DNA of 64,000 nt, from positions 46,562,001 to 46,626,000 of the forward strand of contig CM060732.1 in assembly GCA_030704615.1 (NCBI GenBank), written 5' to 3'. Shown here one piece after another: positions 24,751-34,240 of this stretch. Both the position numbers and the translations under genes were made by a program. Source of the stretch: Takakia lepidozioides. Taxonomy: Eukaryota > Plantae > Bryophyta. The notes beneath the pieces were generated by a model. That model was not told the origin of the DNA. It worked only from the letters and a program-made list of their open reading frames with translations, and searched no databases. Position 1 is the stretch's first letter. Each line of letters opens with the position of its first letter.

Positions 24751-24825
24751 CATTACAAGGAATTGTAGATTTAACGATTGGCGGAACGACTGCAAAGTGA
24801 GTCAATGCAGACAAAAAACGACTGG

Positions 24826-25487
24826 GGGCAGTTGTAGCGTACGGTGGACCAAAAATGTTGTCACAACACTGTTTTTTTCTTACCTTGATTAGTTATAAAT
24901 TATCATACTCCTAAATGGCAATGCTGATAAAAAAAAGACTAAGCTATGAAGGCTCAACTATATCTATTTCCCCTATTCCAAGTCTCATAACCAAAAAAAC
25001 AAAAGGTTATTTTTGAACAAGTCCATAAGGATTTGTTTTAGTCCATATAAAATGTCGTTATGGACTTTTTTTAAAGCATGATTCATAGAAAATTAGAAAA
25101 AATGGACCTGACCAAATGTGTTCTGAGGGATAAAGAATCTAGAATGAAAACACCCACTAAAAAATATTAAGTAAAATAAATTTTATGTACTATTTTGAGC
25201 CTTCAAAATAACTATTTTCGTAAAGTCCATTACATATAGAATTCTTTGAAATATCAACACTACCTCATTAAATACATAGACCAAGGGTAGACCCCTAGGG
25301 TGGATCAAGGTCAAATTTGAAAAAAACTATTGTGATCTCAAACTATCGCGATTTGAAAATAAAGTCTTTAACGGTTGAGATCATAAATTGAAACGAATCC
25401 AATGGTTGAGGATTCATATCCCCTTTTACATACTTTTAGGGACTCATGGTGTGTCTCATTTTGGTCCACCGTAGGCTGCAACTACCC
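24826..25487. mobile_element. Non-autonomous TIR element (MITE) with 4-bp TSD, Sola2-like termini, copy 2
   Basis: Highly similar to 8576-9264 over its full length, with termini GGGCAG...CTACCC and TSD CTGG at 24822-24825 and 25488-25491. Confidence 0.92.
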
Positions 25488-26397
25488 CTGGGCAACTCGG
25501 AGTGCCAACAGACTAGTCTCTTCGGACAGCCCAGTCGTTTCAATCATGACGTGGTCGGAGTGGTTTCGGTTAGTCGTTCTGCCGACTGCGGCTCAATTTG
25601 GAGGGGGGGGGGGGGGCATATGGCAGCGTCGTGCGCAGCGTTGACTGAATCTTGGACCTTGACTAAGTGGACTTTTGACCCGTGGGGTGCGACTTCCCCA
25701 CGGCGACGACACTGGAAATACAGTCGTGCGGCCATGCGTCAAAACGCCATGTGTTCTCTATCGTGGATGTGACCACGTGCAAGCCTAAGGCCACACCGCG
25801 TAGCGCAATAAGTTGTTTATTGGTTGCCTTTACGACTTGCAAGTGGAGTCAACAACTAGAGTGTTGAAGTGATAGATGCAACTAGAGGTTTGAAATGCAC
25901 TACTTCACTAATGATATACATCGACTATGGGTTGGGAACCAGGCACTCGTAGTGGTTGCAGTGACTTGGGGGTTGCGACTTGTAGTTCATACATGTGCAA
26001 TACTATTTCTATTGTCTCCGAATAGCAACACAGATGCTACGATGGCCCTACTACAACATTGCAATCAACACAATCCCCTGCACACAGCCACTGATCTTGC
26101 GGATGTGATTGAGACTGGAGAACATACAGACCATCCCATCAAAGCACGAAAAGAAATAAACATGATGAAAAGCGCGTGACATTGTAATAAGACAATATCT
26201 CAAAACTGTCCCTTTACAATGCACAAACTCATGAGTTTGTAACAACTATGATTAGAACCAAAAAAAAAAACCTATCGCATATGGTTCTCCTGCACCTAAC
26301 TTAAACTTCACTTCAAGCCCTAGAATTGCCTCTAAATCAATAGAATTATCTTCAATGGACTGAGTTCAACACAGAGACGTGTAGCGAACCTCAAAGT

Positions 26398-26574
26398 AGC
26401 TGCTTCAGGTTTTATAGGATCAGCAATAACAATTGCTCCAATCAGTTCCTTGCCAATTGCAACCAAGACGCCTATTCTTGGCAGAGTCTTAGTTTCTTGC
26501 AAGATATCGCAGGCATCTACTGAGATCTCAATGCCAAACTCTGTCATAAGTTCTCGGTTACCAACTAGCACCTC
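26398..26574 (-). pseudogene. Orphan fragment of a P1B-type heavy-metal (copper) ATPase, HMA5/RAN1-like
   Basis: EVLVGNRELMTEFGIEIS..ILQETKTLPRIGVLVAIGKELIGAIVIADPIKPEAA matches the N-domain/P-domain junction of Cu-ATPases. No other part of the gene is nearby. Confidence 0.75.
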
Positions 26575-28254
26575 CCCCCCCCCCACCATGTTGTTGCCGT
26601 TGTTTTTTCCATGTCTACGGCCATGGCAATTACGTCTTATGAGTACATCCCCCCCCCCCCTCTCCCTTTTAGTGTAGCTAAGTCCTCATAGCACCACCCA
26701 ACACTGATGACCAGAAAGCAAAAAAGAAGGAGGAACAGGTGGTAGTGAAAGGCAGTCACATTGAGAAACAGTGATAAAGCCAAAAAAAACAAAAAAACAA
26801 AACAAAAAATAAATAAAAAATGAGCTACTGCATGGGGTCAATACTATACAACAAGAGATGAATGTGTTTGGGGTCACTACTAATGACAAGAGAGAAAGAG
26901 AAAGAATGATTGAGGAAGAGCGAAACAAGAGCAAAACAAATGATGATGAAAGAGAGGACTTAACTTTTGAGTTGAGTAGAGAGGAGAAGCTTTGTATGAA
27001 GGCCGTCAGGCTAGGCTTCCTCAGTCATTCACATTGGCAGAGACAGTGTCGACGCCATCCATGGCACCAAGTTCTCGCCCGACTGTTACCGAGGCGGAGG
27101 TAACTATGTCATTGGGGAGAGCTATATGGGTAGCACCGCTACCTAGTGTTGCCAAGGCTACGACAGCTAGTGTGGTGCTAGGAGCGGCCACATCTGTGTG
27201 CCAGACTCCATTGTTCTCGGCTACCATGATTGCGACGCCGGGGGTAAGACCAGCTGAGGTGTTCAGGCTGGCAGCTACACTCTGTGAGAGTGGGGAGGTT
27301 ACTTCATCTTCTGCGGAGATAGTGGGAGGTGTAGTGCCGGAGGGATCCTCGGATTTGAGGGTCAAGACTGCCACAGCGGCGCCATGGCAAGCTGCAGCTG
27401 CCAGGTTGATGGAGCTGTCAGCTAGGCCAGCCATTGAGCGCACCATGGTGACACCTAGAGTTGTCATGTTAGACAACCAGGATGGCATTTTCTATTTGAG
27501 TGGACCGGCAGGCAAGAGATACCGGCCACTGCGGGTTTTGTTGGACTCGGGAGCTCAGCCATTGATGCTGGGCAGAACTGCTATTGCAGGCTTGGGCCTC
27601 ACGGAGGCGGATATGGAGCCTTGTCCTTTCCAGATACAGACGTCTCTGGGAGGATCGGAGCAGGCTCGGGGCATGACATGGCGTGAGTTGGCTATCAGAC
27701 TACGGCCGGATCACCCTACAGATGGCTCAATGATGCGAGCCAAGGCCATTGTGACAGACGCGGTCTCATACGATGTCCTGGTTGGTGGGGCAGTGTTGTA
27801 CCCCAAGGGCTTCACCCTGGATTTTTGGGAGGAATCAGCTTCCTAGAGGCCTGCATGGCAGTCAGGGGAGGGCCGGCGTGTGCAGCTCCATGTGACGTTC
27901 ATAGGAGGAGTTGTGGTTACCCAGCGAGGCAAGATGCCGACACTAGCAGCATTCACAGCGGCAGTGAGTTGGCCTATAGAGTTGCTTGAGGGCAACGCTC
28001 ATTCAGAGGATGTGCCACCTCCGGGAGAGGAGGATGACATGTATGGTATGGCGGAGTTACCTACTATGGTTGCTCAGACTCCATTGTGGGGCACGAGAAA
28101 AGATTTGCAGTGGGATGCTGATCGACGGGTGCAACAAACCTGGGTGGAGGCTTTTGTACCGTCAGGAGAGGAGGAGAGTGCGGGGATTGCACCAGGACCA
28201 CCTCAGTTGTCTCCATTGGACACCACACCTATTGTGTGGCAGTATCTGGATGAA

Positions 28255-29210
28255 GGCATTTGTCTTCTGGACTTGTTTGGCGGGATCAGCACCGGATTAC
28301 ATGCTGTATTACAAGCAGGTGTACGAGTCTGGCGTTACCTGTATGTGGAGAGGGATGAGACTGCACGACGCGTTTCATTTTGTCATGTTGCTCAGTTGGT
28401 GCAACGGTACCCTGAGTTGTTGTCGGTGTCTGCAATTCGTGGATATCAGCAGGCCTTGCCAGCAGACATTTTGTTGCTGGGGGCGCAGGATTTGGAGCGG
28501 GTTGGCTCCATTGATCTGGTAGTGGCAGGTTGGCCCTGCCAAGGGCATTCATCAGCCGAGCATGACAATGGATTGCGAGACTCGAGGTCGGGTCTGTTTT
28601 GGGAGATGGTGCGGGTTTTGCGCCACTTGCAGCTTCATCAAGCTGTATCTCCAGCATACATCTTGGAGAATGTGCCACTGATGGGCGATTCTCGGGCCAG
28701 GGTGATGGCCAATGTGCATCAAGTCCGGTCGTGGCTTGGGTCAGCAGTGTTGCTAGATGCAGCTACAGTGGGGTCACGGGCTCATCGACCACGGCTATGG
28801 TGGACTAACTTGATGCCACCCGCACTGCTCAAGCGTGCATTTGATGGGGTGCAGCGGCCAGCACATCTCACATTGGATAACATTCTGGACACAGGGAGGC
28901 AGTCTCAGCGTGTGAGACACGATGACCGTTTGCCTTTGGCAGTGGTCAACAAGGTGGGTCAACCACGAGCAACATTACCTACACTGCTCAGCTTCCCAGG
29001 ATCGCATGCTTTCCGGGATAGTGGACCTGGCCTCCTGTGGGATGCTCAGTTGCAGCAATTAGTGGAGCCTAATGCTGATGAGCGTGAGCGGGCAATGGGT
29101 TTTACCACTGGTACCACGGCGGTGTCGTCTCTTTCTGAGGCATCACGTCATCAAGTGTTGGGGCAAGCAATGGATCTCAATTGCTTGACCTGGATTATCA
29201 GCTTGGCTCT
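28255..29210 (+). CDS. C5 cytosine DNA methyltransferase domain embedded in Gypsy pol (open frame 27880-29505)
   Basis: Motifs occur in canonical order: I LLDLFGGIS, II YVERD, III PADI, IV DLVVAGWPCQGHS (catalytic PC), V LRDSRSGLF, VI YILENV, VIII RAHRPRLWW, IX ERERAMGF, X LGQAMD. Confidence 0.92.
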
Positions 29211-32200
29211 GGCTGAGCAACGCAGAGTGCGGAGTACACTTCCCTCGATGGTCTCTCTGCCTACCGAGATGGTACAGGCAGTGAGTGGGGGCGAGCATGT
29301 GAGGACCACGGGGTGCATGCATCCATGGCACACGTGGGAGGTGCTCGAGGTTCAGAGGGAGTTGGCAGCCAAGGCGGCTGTGATGGATGAGGTTGGGGAT
29401 TCTTCTCGGGTTGAGGAGGTCCTCAAGGATGAGATGATGGGGCAGGATGAGGCCTTGTCATTGACTGAACAGGCAGGGAGTACTGCTCAAGAGGTTGCAA
29501 CATAGCAACCACTGGACGCGTTCTCTACCTCTAAGCCCACTGGACTTAAAGTTGCAGTTACGGAGGACAACTGGGAGCCTGACATTGGACCCATTGTCAC
29601 CGGAGGAGAGAGATGACGTATACGGCAGTTCCTGAGGGCTTACAGGAATTGCTTTGCCTTCAGTTTGAAGGACTTGGGAGCACTGAAGGGTCAAGAGATC
29701 CGTATTGAGTTGGCCACTGACACGCCAATCTTTCGGAGACCCTATAGATATAGTGACATGGAGAGGTCTTTGATTCAGATGAGGACTCAAGATCTCTGGG
29801 AGGCAGGTTTGATGGAGCTCTCTGGTGGAGAGTATGCTTCAGCCACAGTGATGCCAGCCAAGAAAGATGTCTATGACAATTGGATGGAGAGACGTATGTG
29901 CGGTGATTACCGGTCTGTAAATCGTCAGACCAAGTCCGATAAGTATGCCATGCCAACACCAGAGGAGATCTTTGATGCCATCGGGCATGCTAAGGCCTTT
30001 AGCACTTTGGATTTACGATCCGGATATCACCAGTTGCCAATCAAGGAGGCGGACAAGCAGAAGACGACATTCTGGGGGATCAATGAGCACGGCAAGGATT
30101 ACCTATATCAGTGGCGGTTCTTACCATTTGGGCTTAAGAATGCTCCTACAGAGTTTCAGAGAGTCATGGATAGGATTCTAGCAGGGGTGGACTTTGCTCG
30201 GTGCTACATAGATGACATCATCATCTTTAGTGTTACGATGGAGGAGCATGAGAGACACCTTCAGGTGGTATTGGAGCGCTTGAGAGCGCACGGATTGAAG
30301 TTGCATCCGGGGAAGTGCAAGTTTTTCCACAACCAGATTGAGTATATGGGTCACATGATATATCCTGGAGGATTGGGGGTACAACAGACTAAGGTAGAGG
30401 CCATTGCACAAATTCCACGCCCCACGGATGTGAGCCGAGTTCGAGCTTTCATGGGGTTGGCAAACTATTATAGACGGTTTGTCAAGGGATTTAGTACCAT
30501 TGCAAAGGCTCTAACCAAGCTGACCAAGGTGGACCAGGAGTGGCAGTGGGAAGATGAGCAGGAACGAGCTTTTCAAGAGCTCAAGGCGAGGTTGACCTCG
30601 GCGCCTATCCTGAGACGACCTATCAGGGGGCGTCCCTTTCAGCTGCATACGGATTGGAGCATGCTGGGGCTTGGAGCGGTGCTCACACAGGTGGATGATG
30701 AGGGAAGAGAGTTTGTAGTGGCTTATGCTAGCCGCTCGAACAATGCTGCAGAGGCTAAGTACAGCTCATATGAGGGAGAGTGCTTAGCTGCAGTGTGGGC
30801 CGTGGCACACTTCAGGTGCTATCTATACGGCAATCTTTTCACCCTTATCACGGATCACTAGCCACTCAAGTGGTTGATGGAGTCAGACAAGCTGACGGGG
30901 AAGCTTGCACGGTGGGCACTTATACTCCAGGAGTATGACTTTCAGGTTGTGCATCGACCGGGTTTGGTCAATCGGGATGCGGATGGATTGAGTCGCAATC
31001 CATGCATGAGCCAGCAAGATGACACTGGAGCTCGGTGGCATGGTGAGACGGATGAGGAGATGGTGCCGGGATGGCATGCATCTGCATTTTTGTGTATCTT
31101 GGCATCGGAAAGTCAGGTTGGACCTACAACAGGGATGACTGTAGACGGAGTGTCTGAGGACCCTGAGGCTAGTGATGAGCCAGGTGGTGCCAGGGATATA
31201 CATGAGGATTCGGCTGTGTTGGACTACCTCCGCACGGGAGACACGGCAGCCACTCTGACTGCCAGGGAGAGGGATCGGATCCTGCAACGAGCCAAGAGGT
31301 TCAAGTGGGAGGGGATACACCTACTTTGAGTGTGGGAGAATGGTCGGGTGAGGATTGTGCCTCACCCCACACAGCGTGCACGGTTAGTGCGGCATGCCCA
31401 TGAGGAGTTGGGGCATTTTGGAGTGCGACGCACTCACAATTTACTGCAGGGGCAGTATTGGTGGCGTGGTATGCATACAGAGGTGCAACAATTCGTGGCT
31501 AGGTGCATGGTGTGTGACAGGGTGTGTGCTTCATTCAACGCCCCTACACCATAGTTGCATCCTTTACCAATCATGGGATTGGGCTACAGGTGGAGTCTTG
31601 ACTTCGTAGGACCGTTGCCACTGACTATGCGCCATCACAGATATGTGTTGGTGATGGTGGAGCACTTCTCCAAGTGGATTGAGTTAGTTCCATTGCCTGA
31701 CAAGGCTAGTGAGGGGGCTGCGAATGCATTCTTGGATCGTGTGCTTAGCCGATTTGGTGCTCCAGCTGAGGTACTCACGGACCAAGGGAGAGAGTTCTTG
31801 GGGAGTTTCAGGCTTTGTGTGATAAAGCCTTGATAGACCACCGCACCACTTCTCGGGATCATCCTGAGGCCGATGGCTTAGCAGAGAGAGTTGTTCAGAC
31901 GGTGAAGAGGGGTTTGCGCAAGTATGGCTTGCAGAAGGGACACCTAGGAGATTGGGATCTTCAGGTTCATTGGTTAGCCATGGGCTACAGGTTCAACAAA
32001 CAAGCATCACTTGCCTCCTTCTCACCATATTTCCTTCTCTTTGGCCGAGAGCCGGATTTGCCTGCTGCCATTCGTAGGGACACTGCTCAAATCCTTAACC
32101 TTGACGATCCGGACGTGTGGGTACGTGCATATGATCAGCATGCAGAGTTGTTCAAGAAAGTCATGCCCATGGCTTTTGAGAACCTTGCCATTGCACAACA

Positions 32201-32494
32201 CCGTGATACGTTGAGGTATGCCACTATACGTGGTGGAGGATATCGTCATGGGGTTCGGAGGTTTAGCCCTTGTGACTATGTTTATTTGCAGCAGACTGCT
32301 CCTACGACTCTGGATGTTACTGCAGGGCGTGTTATTCTGAGGGTTCGAGAGGTGTTGCCCTCAGGGGTCCTGATCTTGGAGGGTCGGGATGGCATGACTT
32401 GGAAGGACCATGTGCGTAATTGTGCGCCATGTCACCTCCCCAATGTCGATGACAAAGTTGACCCAAACTTGGCAGTGGTACCTGCAGGTTTGAG

Positions 32495-32639
32495 GTGCAT
32501 GCTCTGTGGGTCTGCCAAAGGGGCAGCCACCATGCTGGTGTGTGATCGATGCTCAAGGGGATGACATATGGGATGCTTGACACCACCTCTTGAGAAGGTT
32601 CCTGACGGAGATTGGTTGTGTCCACACTGCTTGGGATAG
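32495..32639 (+). other. PHD finger at the integrase C-terminus
   Basis: CMLC..MLVCDRCSRG*HMGCLTPPLEKVPDGDWLCPHC is a C4-H-C3 pattern. The stop at 32562-32564 sits where W is expected; the natural stop is TAG at 32637-32639. Confidence 0.9.
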
Positions 32640-32899
32640 TGGCAGTGGACATGACTGGAGGCAGCTAACAAGACATGGGAGGCCAAGCTCATAGGAGTCA
32701 ATACATGAGATCCCAAGCTCAAGTTCACAGGTTGCAAGACGGTGACTAACAATGGGGCAACTCTTGCACCCGGCCTCTTGATCTATCGAGTTTGAGTGTA
32801 GTAGGGATAGTGGTGGAGGACTTAGTGAGGCTATGGTCATTATCACATCTTGTGGCTACCTGGACTTAGAGGGATCTAAGCACCAGCTAGGGGGGCGAT

Positions 32900-33074
32900 T
32901 GTGTGGACTAGTGACTGCCATAGTGGGCAGCATAGTGGCAACCTAGTGACTGACTAGTTGTAGCCTAGTGGTTGGACTAGTGGTGGACTAGTGGTATACT
33001 AGTGTGTGGTGTGCACATGTGTTGTGTGGTTTTGGACAGCGATGTAGTTGTGTACGATATGTATGCGCACGACA
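32900..33074 (+). repeat. Short 3' LTR (~175 bp) of the DNMT-Gypsy
   Basis: Begins TGTGTGG just after AGGGGGGCGAT and ends CACGACA exactly where LINE RT sequence resumes. It contains about six CTAGT(G) motifs. Confidence 0.7.
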
Positions 33075-33690
33075 GGGCACCCTTGGCGTGCAAACCGCTG
33101 AAGAGGGAATGAGGCTGATAAGTGACCATTCACTGAGACCCTGCTAGATGAGAATGTGAACAATATCGTAACCCATTTGCAGAAGGATTGGGGAAAACCC
33201 AATTTTGCCAAGGCTGCAAGCAGGTATGACCATTCAACTCGATCGAAAGCCTTTTCAAAATCCAAAAGGAGGAGAGCTATGGCTTGATTTGCCCTAGAGG
33301 CATAATCTGGAATTTCTTGGGCCAAAAGGAGGTTATCGAGTATATACCTACCCTTGATAAATCCTGTTTGGTTTGGCCTTATAATTGATGGAAGGAGGGG
33401 TTGCAATCTGAGTCAGCGCCTTAGCCACGATTTTGTATGCAACATTTGGAAAGGTTATGCGACGGTAATTGGATATGTTTGTCCTATCACCTTTTTTGTA
33501 CAGTAAGGTGATAACCCCTTGTGACATAAGGGGGGGAATGTGCCCCCGGTGTGAAATCCCCCCAGATCTCAGGCCACAAAGCTTTGTAAAGTTCAACAGA
33601 CATTCCATCCATTGGCTTTGGTATTGAAGCTGAAAGGCTGGAAGGCTGGTCAATGAGCTCCAATATAGTTTGGTAGGCACGCCGCATCCT
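33075..33690 (-). mobile_element. L1/Tx1-clade LINE reverse transcriptase fragment, cut by the Gypsy LTR
   Basis: Reads GVITLLYKKGDRTNISNYRRIT..AYKIVAKAL, then LPSIIRPNQTGFIKGRYILDN..LDFEKAFDRVEW..VSVNG..RQGCP. It is truncated right after QGCP. Confidence 0.9.
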
Positions 33691-34240
33691 TGTGGCCGGG
33701 GCTCTGACCATCCACAGTTCTTAAAAGAAATAAAGATAAAAATCTAAACATGACCAATCATCCGCATTAGTAGTTGGACAGGCGGTTTGTCACCGGGCGA
33801 GGAAGAGGAGGGTGGCCCCATGGCGGAAACTGGCAGGGCACTAGGTCGTCTTGTCGCGCGAGGGCCACGCTGCGCAGTGCCCCCGGCCCCATGGGCTTCT
33901 CTCTCATGCTTCCTCTCTTTTTCTTCCCTTTCTTCCCCGTCTCCCCCTTTCAATTCTTGTGAGAAGGTCCCATTTTAGTATTGCAAGCAGTTTTGTGGAA
34001 AACTGCAAGGATCCGCACGATTAGGCAGAAAGAGAGGAGTTTGTTAGGATCTGGCGAAGGCATCCTAACATCGGACTGCATTAAAAGCAGTTGTGTTGAC
34101 GATTTTGAAGAATCGACAGAAAGAAGGGAGAGAGGAGTTTTAGGGTTCGGTGAGCGCACGGTTTGAAGCAAGCGTAGAGGTGGAGGCAGGCACAACCTAA
34201 CATCCATGCTAATGCCGGCGTGCAAAAACGAGCACAATCC

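Larger units (their letters stand above)
26960..33074 (+). mobile_element. 5'-truncated Ty3/Gypsy LTR retrotransposon with pol order PR-DNMT-RT-RH-INT-PHD
   Basis: ORF pieces at 26992, 27880, 29665, 30874, 31330 and 31555 share one frame, separated only by point stops, with one frameshift at ~31800. Motifs: protease VLLDSGA (~27535), RT LPFGLKNAP..YIDD (~30120-30216), RH LHTDWS..YEGECLA..TDH, INT HAHEELGH..CMVC with D,D,E (SLDFVG, TDQG, GLAER), then a PPT-like AGGGGGG and a 3' LTR. No gag or 5' LTR is in the window. Confidence 0.95.

Noticed and set aside
27880-29505. Stand-alone host DNMT gene or bacterial contamination/RM methylase
   Set aside because: It is in frame between a retroviral-type protease and RT, is intronless, shares the decay pattern of the surrounding pol and has no prokaryotic gene context.
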